Part shown: positions 1 through 10,477 of the stretch, in pieces
How positions within the stretch are numbered: position 1 is the stretch's first letter
Layout of the letters: every line of letters starts with the position of its first letter
DNA from: Gammaproteobacteria bacterium
GTDB lineage: Bacteria; Pseudomonadota; Gammaproteobacteria; M30B25
Assembly (NCBI GenBank): GCA_018402195.1
Contig: JAGYIW010000001.1
Location: 31,201 to 95,200, forward strand
Direction: 5' to 3'
Length of the DNA: 64,000 bases
Notes under the pieces: generated by a model
The model's input: only the letters and a program-made list of their open reading frames with translations
The model's database searches: none
What the model was told of the DNA's origin: nothing
Position numbers and translations under genes: made by a program

Positions 1-91
1 TTTTATTGTAAAGACCAGCTTTTACGCCAAGATTAACACAATTGCACCTATTGCACCAAAGCAATTATATAATCATTTCCTTTTCCTGTAA

Positions 92-345
92 CAGCAATTC
101 TCGGTGAAACTACTCTGCCCAAAAGTATTTACAATATAGAGGTAACCCTTCCCGTACCTGTCGCAGAGCCCTTGTTAAGGTTATTGCTTTCAACAGAGAT
201 GCCGTCCATCCGGCAACCATTAACCGATACCTTATAAGCTTAGCACGTTGGTGGGTTCGTACCATACCACCTGTCGTCAAATCAGACGAAACTCCACAGT
301 AAAACCGGCAATGTTGAGTCCATCTAGCTTCACCGAGAACTGCTG
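92..345. mobile_element. Small MITE-like non-autonomous element bounded by ~30-bp inverted repeats of the same family found at 14298-18380
   Basis: Left end 92-124 'cagcaattctcggtgaaactactctgcccaaaag'. Right end 325-345 'tagcttcaccgagaactgctg' is its reverse complement. Internal block 198-290 is ~75% identical to 15584-15670. Confidence 0.55.
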
Positions 346-732
346 GCAGAGAATGGCTCGTTTTTTCAGTGCATTTTCGCTACAATCATGCGCAAATTTA
401 CCACGAGCATCAGCCATGACTTTCATACAAGCTCAGCTCCAAGCATCATGCAGCGTAAACAAAACATGTTCAGTAAGGTTTTGCGTCTGCAATAATTCAG
501 AATAAAATCTACCCAGTTGGTTCATAGCAGCACCAAAACACAAAGTACCTAAATTAAAAAATAAGGACTTTATCACCCCAACTTCGGAGTAAAAAATCCA
601 AAACCCAAAACCTACTCATTAATGAACAAAGCGATCGCCGCAGTAATCTCTTGCATAGCACCCTCCTTGTTTTTTCACGTGTCATAAGGTTTCTTCTGAC
701 AAACGAGGTCAAGGTTTACCCCGCGCGACAGA

Positions 733-3390
733 TCACCAATGTGGCCCACTTTTGATGTCTACCAACAACGGTACGTCAAGCTCAACCGCCCACTCCATAG
801 TATTTTGTAACAGTGTCATCACTTGATCAGCCTCACCTTTGGCCACTTCCACCACCAATTCATCATGAACCTGCATAATCAAGGCCGCATCAAAAGGCAC
901 CAACTGCTGATGCAAAGTCACCATTGCCGCTTTCAAAATATCCGCAGCAGTCCCCTGCAAAGGCGCATTAATAGCAGCCCTCTCTGCTGCCCTACGCCTG
1001 CCCACCTGTCGCGAATGAATATCTGGCACATACAAACGCCGACCCCATAAAGTTTCAACATAACTTTGCTTCGCTGCCAACTCCCGGGTGTTTTCCATAT
1101 AAGCTTTTACCTGGGGATAACGGGTAAAATACCTATGGATATATTCACCGGCAATAACACGATTAACACCAATCTCTCTGGCCAAACCAAAGGCCGACAT
1201 GCCATAAATCAAACCAAAATTCACCGCCTTAGCATGACGTCGCTGTTGAGAAGTCACCATAGCCTCACTGATGCCAAAAATCTCTGCAGCTGTAGCTCGA
1301 TGAATATCCAAACCTTCCTGAAAAGCCTTGATCAAACCCTCATCACCAGACAAATGCGCCATAATTCGCAATTCAACTTGCGAATAATCCGCCACCAGCA
1401 ACACCTTGCCCACATCAGCAATAAAAGCTTCACGGATTTTACGGCCTTCTTTGGTACGGATAGGAATATTTTGTAGGTTAGGATGCGTCGATGAAAAACG
1501 TCCCGTAGAAGTCACTGCCTGATTATAAGACGTGTGAATACGCCCTGTGCGCGCATTAACTAGTTGCGGCAATTTATCAGTATATGTGGATTTGAGCTTG
1601 CTTAAGGTACGATGCTGCAACACCAGTCTGGGTAAAGCATATCGTTTAGCCAAACCAGTTAAAGCCTCTTCATCTGTCGAAGGCTCACCAGTGGCAGTTT
1701 TTTTAGTCACCGGCAATTGCAATTGGTCGTAAAGGATTTCACGCAATTGCTTGGGTGAAGCCAAATTAAATACCTGTTCCGCTTCTTCATGAGCCTTTAT
1801 TTCCAATTGACTTAGCTCAACACCCAGCCGTTCACTTTGTTTGGCCAACTTGACCGCATTGATCTTAACCCCAACTGTTTCCATGGCTTGAATCACTCGC
1901 ATGGTAGGCATTTCCAAGGTCCAAAACAATTTTTCCAACGCAGGGACTTCCTCCAAACCCTTTCTTAACTCTAAATATAGCTGCAATGCGACGTCTGCAT
2001 CCTCTGCAGCATATGACGTAGCTTGGTCTAGATGAATTTGGTCAAAAGTCAGTTGTTGTTTGCCTTTACCGACAATGTCTTCAAAAGCTATCGTGGTCAA
2101 GCCCAAATAACGCATGGCCATATTGTCAAGACTATGACCTTCCAAGCTATTCAGCACATATGAAGCCAGCATAGTATCAAAACACGGCGCTGATACCGTG
2201 ACACCCTGTCTTTCTAAAATGGCCAGATCAAATTTAAGGTTTTGTCCAACAATTGTTTTTTTAGGGTCGTTAAGCCAAGTCTTCAAAGGCTCCAAAACCT
2301 TAGCTTTGTCCAATTGCAGCTGATCAGAAAACACATGTGCCAGAGGCACATAGACTGCTTCATGAGGGGTAGTAGCCAAAGAAATTCCAACCAAATCGAC
2401 ATCTAACACGTTCAATCCAGTGGATTCTATATCGATAGCCAATACACAACTACCATCGACCTGATGACACCAGGCTTGCCATTCAGCTTCATCAGTAATG
2501 GCACGATAATCAGGCCGTACATTTTTTCCTTCAGTTTTTTGTCCCAACTCACTTAACCATTTCTTAAATCCAAAACGTTTAAACCACTGATGCAGCAAAT
2601 TATAATCTTCCTCACCCAGCACGAGTTCATCTAAGGTATTCGGCAGAGGAACATCCAATTCCAAAGTCACCAGCTGCTTCGACAAGGGCAAATGGGCCAA
2701 AGCCTCACGCAAATTATCACCCACCTTACCTTTGATGTCATCAGCATGTTCGATTACCGAATCCAAAGAGCCGTATTGGGTAAGCCATTTGATCGCCGTT
2801 TTCGGACCAACTTTGGTAACCCCAGGAATATTATCAGAAGCATCCCCCATTAATGCCAGATAATCGATAATTTGATCAGGCCTAACACCAAATTTTGCCA
2901 ACACCCCATCTTCATCCAATATAGTATCAGTCATGGTATTGACCAAAGTAACATGGGCATTGACCAGCTGTGCCATATCTTTATCCCCTGTGGAAATAAC
3001 CACATCCAACTGGCGCTCCTGTGCTTGCCTAGCTAAAGTACCAATAACATCATCAGCTTCATAACCATCTACAACCACTAAGGGCAATCCCATGCCTTTG
3101 ATAATTGCGTGCAGGGGCGCAATTTGCACGATGAGATCATCAGGCGCCTCGCTACGATTGGCTTTATAGTCTGGAAAAATAGTATAGCGGGACGTACGGC
3201 CTTTAGGATCAAAAACCACTGCAAAATGGCTACTTGGATACTGCCTCAGCAGCTTGCGCAGCATATTAACCACACCATAAATAGCCCCCGTAGGCTCGCC
3301 CTTGCTTGAAGTCAGTGGAGGCAAACCATGGTACGCCCTAAACAAATACGATGAACCATCAACCAGGACCAGCTTTTCTTGTTGTCGCAT
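733..3390 (-). CDS. polA: DNA polymerase I
   Basis: 885-aa ORF. N-terminal 5'-3' exonuclease signature (LVDGSSYLFRAYHGLPPL) and C-terminal polymerase motifs (RRAAKAVNFGLIYG, VHDELVVE). Confidence 0.95.
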   Translation of the reverse strand: MRQQEKLVLVDGSSYLFRAYHGLPPLTSSKGEPTGAIYGVVNMLRKLLRQYPSSHFAVVFDPKGRTSRYTIFPDYKANRSEAPDDLIVQIAPLHAIIKGMGLPLVVVDGYEADDVIGTLARQAQERQLDVVISTGDKDMAQLVNAHVTLVNTMTDTILDEDGVLAKFGVRPDQIIDYLALMGDASDNIPGVTKVGPKTAIKWLTQYGSLDSVIEHADDIKGKVGDNLREALAHLPLSKQLVTLELDVPLPNTLDELVLGEEDYNLLHQWFKRFGFKKWLSELGQKTEGKNVRPDYRAITDEAEWQAWCHQVDGSCVLAIDIESTGLNVLDVDLVGISLATTPHEAVYVPLAHVFSDQLQLDKAKVLEPLKTWLNDPKKTIVGQNLKFDLAILERQGVTVSAPCFDTMLASYVLNSLEGHSLDNMAMRYLGLTTIAFEDIVGKGKQQLTFDQIHLDQATSYAAEDADVALQLYLELRKGLEEVPALEKLFWTLEMPTMRVIQAMETVGVKINAVKLAKQSERLGVELSQLEIKAHEEAEQVFNLASPKQLREILYDQLQLPVTKKTATGEPSTDEEALTGLAKRYALPRLVLQHRTLSKLKSTYTDKLPQLVNARTGRIHTSYNQAVTSTGRFSSTHPNLQNIPIRTKEGRKIREAFIADVGKVLLVADYSQVELRIMAHLSGDEGLIKAFQEGLDIHRATAAEIFGISEAMVTSQQRRHAKAVNFGLIYGMSAFGLAREIGVNRVIAGEYIHRYFTRYPQVKAYMENTRELAAKQSYVETLWGRRLYVPDIHSRQVGRRRAAERAAINAPLQGTAADILKAAMVTLHQQLVPFDAALIMQVHDELVVEVAKGEADQVMTLLQNTMEWAVELDVPLLVDIKSGPHW

Positions 3391-3438
3391 AATTTTTCCT
3401 AACAGAAATGTGCCCTCTGGGCATAATGATATAGTCTT

Positions 3439-4890
3439 TTAATGCCGCCAATACTCTGGCATGAATAAGACAAACACAGTAAATATTTCCAACCGACCAA
3501 CAAACATGGCAAAAATTAACGTCAATTTACAAGGGTCATTCAAGTCCGCAAAAGAAGATGCCGCGCTGCCGATACCCACGCCCACATTGGCCAAACACGC
3601 CACAAGACAACCAACACTGGTGTTAAGATCAAGACCAAAACCTAGCAACAATAGCAACAGGACAAAAAAGATAGCAATGAAAGCAAAAATAAAACCGTAC
3701 ACCGACTGCATAAGGTCTTGTGAAATAGGCCGCTCGCCAAAGTGTAAACAGTACACACCCTGTGGGTGGATCAACCTATTAAATGTCAATAAAGACTGTT
3801 TACGCATCAAAATAACACGAATTTGCTTCACCCCCCCACTGGTCGAAGCAGCACAGCCACCAACCACGCCCAACCACATCAATAACGCCGTCGGCACCAA
3901 AGGCCAATCGTGAAAAGTCGTGTTGGTCAGCCCAGTGGTGGTCATGATAGAAACTGTGGTAAAAACCCCATCAAGAAAAGCAAGCCTATGATCGAGATAA
4001 TGATTACTAACAATCAAAAAAGTGACGATAGTCACTGACGCCAACATCATGGTTTTGATAAATGTCCGACATTCAACATCCTCCATATAACAACGCCAAT
4101 CACCCTTGTGCACTGCAGCAAAGTGCAAACCATAATTCAAACTACTCAATAACATAAACACAATAGCGATCCAATGAATCCATGGATTACTGTAATAATT
4201 GAAACTGCTGTCATGGGTTGAAAACCCACCCGTTGCCACGGTACTAAAAGCTTCACCAATGGCGTTAAACCAAGGCATCCCAGCTGCAACATAGGCCAAT
4301 ATGCAAACGATAGTTAAACCGACATAAATCATCCATAACGCTTTCGCTGTTTCAGCAATACGAGGCGTAAGCTTATGATTTTTCAGCGGGCCAGGCATCT
4401 CTGCTTGATACAGCTGCATACCGCCCACACCCAACATTGGCAAAATAGCCACTGCCAAGACGATAATACCCATGCCACCTAAAAATTGCAGTTGCTGACG
4501 ATAATACAACAAACTGTGAGGCAAATTTTCTATACCCTTAATCACAGTGCTACCAGTAGTAGTCCAGCCAGAAGCGGACTCAAAGAAACCATCCAGCCAA
4601 CCCAACACAGGGTGTTCACCCATGACAAAAGGCAGCATGCCTAAAAACGACAATACCAGCCAAAACAACATCACCACCAAAAAGCCATCGCGAACCTTAA
4701 TATCTTGCTTAATCTGATGCGTCAACAACAATCCACCACCCCCCATCGACAAGGAGACAAAGAGTGTAATGACATACACACTGATCATGTTTTCGTGATA
4801 AATCAGATCAACAACAATGGGCGGCACCAAGGTGAAACTAAACACCATCACCAGTAAAGAAACCAATCTAATCACTGCACCAATGCGCAT
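3439..4890 (-). CDS. trkH: Trk-type K+ uptake protein TrkH (membrane subunit)
   Basis: 483-aa polytopic membrane ORF with TrkH/KtrB-like repeats, immediately followed by trkA. Confidence 0.88.
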   Translation of the reverse strand: MRIGAVIRLVSLLVMVFSFTLVPPIVVDLIYHENMISVYVITLFVSLSMGGGGLLLTHQIKQDIKVRDGFLVVMLFWLVLSFLGMLPFVMGEHPVLGWLDGFFESASGWTTTGSTVIKGIENLPHSLLYYRQQLQFLGGMGIIVLAVAILPMLGVGGMQLYQAEMPGPLKNHKLTPRIAETAKALWMIYVGLTIVCILAYVAAGMPWFNAIGEAFSTVATGGFSTHDSSFNYYSNPWIHWIAIVFMLLSSLNYGLHFAAVHKGDWRCYMEDVECRTFIKTMMLASVTIVTFLIVSNHYLDHRLAFLDGVFTTVSIMTTTGLTNTTFHDWPLVPTALLMWLGVVGGCAASTSGGVKQIRVILMRKQSLLTFNRLIHPQGVYCLHFGERPISQDLMQSVYGFIFAFIAIFFVLLLLLLGFGLDLNTSVGCLVACLANVGVGIGSAASSFADLNDPCKLTLIFAMFVGRLEIFTVFVLFMPEYWRH

Positions 4891-4896
4891 TTGTAT

Positions 4897-6255
4897 TCAC
4901 AACCCCGACTGAAACAATTGCTCAACTTGAGCAATGTATTTTTTCTCCGCCACAAAGAGAATAACGTGATCACCATCACAGATCACTTCACTCAACTCAG
5001 GAACAATCATAACCCTATCTCGAACAATGGCGCCAATGTGAACGCCTTTGGGCAAACTCAAAGATTGCACCGTATGTCCAACCACAAAAGAATTGCCCTT
5101 TTCACCTCTTGCCAAAGCCTCAATGACTTCAATTTCTCCACGATGCAAAGCATAGGCACGGACGACATCACCTGACCGAATAAATGCAAGAATGCGACTG
5201 ATAGTCACTTGATCTGGGCTAATAATGACGTTGATTTCACTATCAGCAATCAAATCCATGTAAGTGGTGCGATTTACCAACGCCATCACTTGGCGTGCGC
5301 CCAACCTTTTTGCCTGCAACGCAGACATGATATTGGCTTCATCATCATCGGTAACGGCACAAAACACATCAAAACGATCAATATTCTCATTCACTAAAAG
5401 TGTTTTATCCGAGGCATCACCACACAGCACAGTGGTGTTGTTAAGATGGTTGGCAACGGTTTCGCAACGCTCCAAATTATGATCAATCAACTTTATGTGA
5501 TACTGGCCCTCCAAAGCACTGGCCAAACGGGCACCAACATTACCACCTCCAGCAATCATAATGTCTGAATAAGGCTTATCCATGCGGCGAAATGCCAGCA
5601 ACACTGCATCTAAATGATGAGCACTGGCAATCATGATGACTTCATCGCCCACTTCTATATGAACAGATTCACGCAACTCAACTTGTTCACCACCACGATA
5701 TATCGCCAACACGCACGCCAAAGGAAATTCATAATGAAAGGCCTGCAAGGAATAACCGACAAACTTGCCACCATAATATGGTTTGACCACTACCAACTTC
5801 ACGAGACCATTAGCAAAATCCAAGACTTGACTAACTCCTGCGTGGTGGATTAATTTTGCCACTCGTTGTGTCACCAGCTGCTCAGGATTGATAAACTCGT
5901 CAATAGGTAAATCATCGTCACCAAACAATTGGCTACGAATAAAGTATTGCGGTGAGCGGATGCGCGCTATCTTCATGGGCGTTTTAAACAAAGAATAAGC
6001 AACCTGACAAGCCACCATATTGGTCTCATCGCTGTCAGTCACCGCCACCATTAAGTCAGCAGTCTCCATGCCCGCAGAGCGTTGGACTTCAGGATAACTG
6101 GCAATACCACAAGTCGTCTTGATATCAAAGCGCTGCTGCAATTCCGCCAAACGCTTTTCGTTGATATCTACGATAGCAACATCATGACCTTCTTTGGTGA
6201 GACTCTCTGCCAAAGTAGCGCCCACTTGACCAGCACCCAAAAGCACAATTTCCAT
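4897..6255 (-). CDS. trkA: Trk system NAD-binding protein TrkA
   Basis: Two tandem Rossmann/RCK domains (IVLLGAGQVGATLAESL and IMIAGGGNVGARLASAL). The ORF is open to 6297, but the likely start is Met-15 (MEIVLLGAG). Confidence 0.88.
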   Translation of the reverse strand: MEIVLLGAGQVGATLAESLTKEGHDVAIVDINEKRLAELQQRFDIKTTCGIASYPEVQRSAGMETADLMVAVTDSDETNMVACQVAYSLFKTPMKIARIRSPQYFIRSQLFGDDDLPIDEFINPEQLVTQRVAKLIHHAGVSQVLDFANGLVKLVVVKPYYGGKFVGYSLQAFHYEFPLACVLAIYRGGEQVELRESVHIEVGDEVIMIASAHHLDAVLLAFRRMDKPYSDIMIAGGGNVGARLASALEGQYHIKLIDHNLERCETVANHLNNTTVLCGDASDKTLLVNENIDRFDVFCAVTDDDEANIMSALQAKRLGARQVMALVNRTTYMDLIADSEINVIISPDQVTISRILAFIRSGDVVRAYALHRGEIEVIEALARGEKGNSFVVGHTVQSLSLPKGVHIGAIVRDRVMIVPELSEVICDGDHVILFVAEKKYIAQVEQLFQSGL

Positions 6256-6330
6256 CCCAACTCCCTGAAGCCACTCATTAGACTGCAAGTTTAGCACATA
6301 TCCCTAGATGAAAAACCCTTGAGCCAAACT

Positions 6331-7710
6331 CTAGGCCAAACTTTCCACTTCTCGCATTTTTCTCCGGGTCAACAAAGCATAACGCCACCCCATAAGCAAA
6401 GCACAAAAACCCAACCCAAAAGCCAAGCCAAGCCACAAGCCTCGTCCTGCGAAACCCCATTTAAAAGCCAACAAAGACCCCACACCTAGACCCAAAGCAC
6501 TGTAACATATAATACAGATCAACATAGGCACAAAAGTATCTTTCAAACCACGCAAAGAGCCAGCAAACAAGACTTGTACACAATCCACCAATTGAAACAA
6601 ACCAGCAACGGCTAAGAAAGAAGCTCCCACAAAAGCCACTTCTTGGTTTTCTGGATTGCTCAAATCCAAGAAAAAATCGATGAAGACTTTAGGAAACAGT
6701 ATAAAACTTAAAGAACTCAAACAAGCAAAACTAAGTCCACAAGCCATACCTGTACTTGTTGCCCAATAAACATCACGCATGTTTTTCGCACCATAGGCAT
6801 TACCAACACGTATGGCTACCGCTTGGGAAATACCATAAGGCACCATGAATGAAAGCGTTGCACACTGAATGGCTATTTGGTGACTGGCCAAAGCAACGGT
6901 ACCAAAATACCCCATAAGAATGGCCGTAAGAGAGAACAAACTACTTTCAAAACCAAAAGAAAAGGCTGCAGGGCCGCCCAATCGCAGCAGTGGCAGCATT
7001 TGCTGCCAGCTAAAACTTGGCCAGGAGGTAAATAAACGGTATTCACTAAAATGATAGTGGTACTTGATGTAAACCAGCATGACAAGAAACATCAACCAAG
7101 CCACGATCACCGTAGATAAAGCGATACCACTAACACCCATGGCAGGAAAACCCCATTTGCCATACATCAAAATATAGTTACCCAACACATTCACAGGAAT
7201 AGCAAACAGACAAACCCACATGATTAAAGCTGGACGACTGAGACCTGCTAAAATTTCCCTACAGACAAAAAACAAAAACACTGCTGGCAACCCCCAAGCA
7301 TAGTAAACGCTGTATTCATGGGTATATTGCAAAATTTCAGGCGGCTGCCCAGCCCAAGCAAAAACATCAGCACAAGCACGCATACCAAAAACCACCGGCA
7401 CAGAAAGCCCCAAGGCAATCCAAATACTGGCATCAGACAGGTAAGGTATTTTTTCTCGCTCCCCTGCCCCTACGGCATTGGCAATACTAACACCCAGAGC
7501 AGTAAACAACCCTGCTGTGGTAGCAACCATGAAAAGGTAAAGGGCATTGACCAAAGCACCTCCAGCGATTTGCTGCTTACCTAGCCATCCCAGCATGACA
7601 GTATCGACGGCTTCTAAGGCAATGGTGGCAACCGCGGCTACTACCATAGGTGATGCAATCGCAAAGGTTTGGCTGATTTCTGTTTTAATTTTTGTCGTTG
7701 ACCATGACAT
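6331..7710 (-). CDS. MATE-family multidrug efflux transporter
   Basis: 459 aa, 12 predicted TM helices, with N-terminal MATE consensus (ASPMVVAAVATIALEAVDTVMLG). Confidence 0.8.
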   Translation of the reverse strand: MSWSTTKIKTEISQTFAIASPMVVAAVATIALEAVDTVMLGWLGKQQIAGGALVNALYLFMVATTAGLFTALGVSIANAVGAGEREKIPYLSDASIWIALGLSVPVVFGMRACADVFAWAGQPPEILQYTHEYSVYYAWGLPAVFLFFVCREILAGLSRPALIMWVCLFAIPVNVLGNYILMYGKWGFPAMGVSGIALSTVIVAWLMFLVMLVYIKYHYHFSEYRLFTSWPSFSWQQMLPLLRLGGPAAFSFGFESSLFSLTAILMGYFGTVALASHQIAIQCATLSFMVPYGISQAVAIRVGNAYGAKNMRDVYWATSTGMACGLSFACLSSLSFILFPKVFIDFFLDLSNPENQEVAFVGASFLAVAGLFQLVDCVQVLFAGSLRGLKDTFVPMLICIICYSALGLGVGSLLAFKWGFAGRGLWLGLAFGLGFCALLMGWRYALLTRRKMREVESLA

Positions 7711-8015
7711 GCCACTACCTCAGAAGTTAGCCGCACAGTCTAACTTATCTCTAACACTTATAAAACCCCACAGCACCATAAAACCAAGATAGTTCATAAC
7801 CCTGGGGACCACCGTAGGCGGTTACGCAACATGAAGTACCATGATTGTACAAGTCCACCACAAACGGCTACGCTATTTTGGCGGCCACCAGCTTAGCAAA
7901 GACAAATTGCAGCATTGCAGCAATGAGGACATTTCTATAACATATCGATAATCCTATGATTACTCGACTATTGACAAGTTTATGCAGACAGCCAGATCAA
8001 AGTCCCAAACCGTAG

Positions 8016-8987
8016 GTGGATACTATGAAAAACCTAATGATTGATGAGGATATTCCCTACCTGGCGGACTGGCTGAGACATGCCTTTGACATCACCCTCT
8101 TTCACCCGGATAAAATCGCACACAACAACTTAGCGCGGGCTGATGCAGTGATAGTTCGCACCCTGACGCACATTAATGCACCGTGGTTAGCACAAGCGCC
8201 CCAGCTGCGTTTTATTGCCAGTGCCACCAGCGGCATAGATCATATCGACCTACAAGCCATTGAAAAACGAGGGATTTACTTTGCACACGCGCCAGGCTGC
8301 AATGCCAAAGCAGTGGGAGACTATGTCGTGGCATGCTTCGATGCTTTAGGCACCCCCAAAAAACACAGACGCATTGGCATCATCGGATATGGGCACGTGG
8401 GTCAGGAAGTGGCGAAACGCTTTAAAGCCCTAGAATACAAGGTAATTCCACATGACCCCATCAAAGCTCAGCATGACCCAAGCTTTCAATCACATCCATT
8501 GGAAGACCTATCAAAACTTGATGCCCTGTGCGTACACCCCAGCTTGACCACTAAGGGGGAGTTTCCTAGCTTGCACATGATCGATGAGGCATTGCTAGCA
8601 CAGCAAGAAACAAATACCCTAGTCATCAACGCAAGTCGTGGCGCAGTGGCCGATGAACAAGCACTGTACAAAAATAGTGACAGACTGTCGCTTTGCCTAG
8701 ATGTATGGCAACATGAACCCCATATCAATGAAGCCTTATTGACGAAAACTCGCATCGCCACACCTCACATTGCTGGCTATTCTCTCAGTGCCAAATGGCA
8801 GGGCAGCAAACAAGTTGCTGAGGCTATTTGTGCTTATTTCAACATCCCACCCCCCATATCTCCGCCACCTAATCTCAGCGATGGCTTTCCCCTAGATGTC
8901 CTGACCTTAGACAACATATGGCGACAGGCAGAAAATAAACCTGAGTCTTTCCAAGCCCTACGTCAACAACAAACACAAAGGCTATAA
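8016..8987 (+). CDS. pdxB: Erythronate-4-phosphate dehydrogenase (D-2-hydroxyacid dehydrogenase family)
   Basis: The N-terminus aligns to E. coli PdxB (MIDEDIPY, GIDHIDL, APGCNA) and carries the NAD motif GIIGYGHVGQEV. An alternative start lies at 8025. Confidence 0.8.
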   Translation: MDTMKNLMIDEDIPYLADWLRHAFDITLFHPDKIAHNNLARADAVIVRTLTHINAPWLAQAPQLRFIASATSGIDHIDLQAIEKRGIYFAHAPGCNAKAVGDYVVACFDALGTPKKHRRIGIIGYGHVGQEVAKRFKALEYKVIPHDPIKAQHDPSFQSHPLEDLSKLDALCVHPSLTTKGEFPSLHMIDEALLAQQETNTLVINASRGAVADEQALYKNSDRLSLCLDVWQHEPHINEALLTKTRIATPHIAGYSLSAKWQGSKQVAEAICAYFNIPPPISPPPNLSDGFPLDVLTLDNIWRQAENKPESFQALRQQQTQRL

Positions 8988-9131
8988 CATGTCGCATTAT
9001 ATATCTATGCATTTGAGAATAAAAAGAAAAAACCTTGCATTCCCGCTGGATTAACGTCATTATTTAGCTACCTTTAACGGCCATACTTGTCATCCATTTG
9101 ACACTATTTTTTAACTAAATAGGATTCTAAG

Positions 9132-9530
9132 ATGTTCAATCTTTGGAAACAACATGCGCTAATCAGCTACTACACCATAGCCACCATTATTGCTAGTTTA
9201 AGTGGCATTGCCTATTGGGTAGAATACTTAGCACCAAAACCACTATCCATCCTACTAGGATTTAGTATAGGCATAGCCTTCTTCCAAATCTCAGCAAGAA
9301 TGATGATCATTTTCCTCACTGCCACTATCAGTTTTATCACTCTAAGCATTTACAACAGCGTCCTTCACAGTAGCTTAATACTAAACATTTTCGGGATTGT
9401 CACCGCCATGCTAGTAGGCTACTCCTTGACCTTTAGCAAAGGCCGTTGGTTTGTAGTACTATATGCCATATCATTAGCCATTGTTTCGAGTATTGCAGCA
9501 TTTTTTGAACTCTTTTTACCAGTACACTGA
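9132..9530 (+). CDS. Small hypothetical membrane protein (4 TM)
   Basis: 132-aa ORF that is hydrophobic throughout, in an appropriate intergenic position. No recognisable family. Confidence 0.45.
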   Translation: MFNLWKQHALISYYTIATIIASLSGIAYWVEYLAPKPLSILLGFSIGIAFFQISARMMIIFLTATISFITLSIYNSVLHSSLILNIFGIVTAMLVGYSLTFSKGRWFVVLYAISLAIVSSIAAFFELFLPVH

Positions 9531-9544
9531 ACGAGGCACTGCTT

Positions 9545-10477
9545 ATGCATATCCTAATTGCTGGAGGAACAGGTTTTATTGGGCGCGCACTGGTCAAACA
9601 TTTCACTATGCAGGGCCATCAAATTTCTATACTTGGCCGCTCTATAAAAAAAACAGAAGCTGTTTTCGGAGATAATGTTAACAGCCTAGCCTGGGATAAT
9701 TTTGCGCCCAAGGCAGAAGACATTTTGGGTGGTGTCCACTGGCTTATCAATCTCACTGGCGCAAATATTGGTGAATGCCGTTGGAGCAACAAACGTAAAT
9801 CTAGCATCATCGAAAGCCGTATTGGGCCTACCAATTATTTGGCCAAGGTGTGTGGGAAATTAGGCAAACAATCCCCTGTATTTTTTAATGCGAGCGCCAT
9901 TGGCGTCTACGGCTTAAAACCAACTGAAACGCCTTATAGCGAAAACACTGCCATCGATTTTGATCAAGCAGATGACTTCCTAAGTGAAGTGGGCCGCACC
10001 TGGGAAAAAGCCTTAGAGCCCGCTGAAAATGCTGGGGTACGTACGGTCAAACTACGTTTTGGTGTGGTACTGGGTAGCGGTGGTGTTCTAGCAAAACTCA
10101 CCCCCATACACAAACTTGGACTAGGTGGCCCCATAGGCTCTGGCAAACAACCTTTTTGCTGGATCAGCATCAACGATGTCATTCGTGCCATCGACTTTAT
10201 TTTTGCTGACAAAAGCATCAGCGGCCCAGTCAATCTGGTTGCCCCTGCCAACGACACACAAAAAGCCTTTGCCAAAGCTTTTAGCAAAGCGTTGCACAGA
10301 CCCAGCTTCATACCAACACCAGGCTTTGTATTGAAAGCAGTTTTCGGACAAATGGCGCAAGAATTGCTATTGCAAGGTCAATACGTCACTCCATCACGAC
10401 TGCAACAAAGAGGGTTTATGTTTGAATTTCCTACCTTGGATGCTTTCTTTTCCCACCATTTTAACGCAAAATTATGA
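9545..10477 (+). CDS. TIGR01777/YfcH-like NAD-dependent epimerase/dehydratase family protein (DUF1731 C-terminus)
   Basis: N-terminal GGTGFIGRAL Rossmann motif and a 310-aa length typical of the YfcH family. Confidence 0.75.
   Translation: MHILIAGGTGFIGRALVKHFTMQGHQISILGRSIKKTEAVFGDNVNSLAWDNFAPKAEDILGGVHWLINLTGANIGECRWSNKRKSSIIESRIGPTNYLAKVCGKLGKQSPVFFNASAIGVYGLKPTETPYSENTAIDFDQADDFLSEVGRTWEKALEPAENAGVRTVKLRFGVVLGSGGVLAKLTPIHKLGLGGPIGSGKQPFCWISINDVIRAIDFIFADKSISGPVNLVAPANDTQKAFAKAFSKALHRPSFIPTPGFVLKAVFGQMAQELLLQGQYVTPSRLQQRGFMFEFPTLDAFFSHHFNAKL

Noticed and set aside
248-505. 85-aa ORF overlapping the small MITE and its flank
   Set aside because: It spans the inverted repeat and has no homology; the repeat nature of the sequence is the better explanation.
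823-1476. ORFs 823-1050 and 1066-1476 on the + strand
   Set aside because: They lie entirely inside, and antisense to, the well-supported polA gene. They have no homology and a low-complexity composition.
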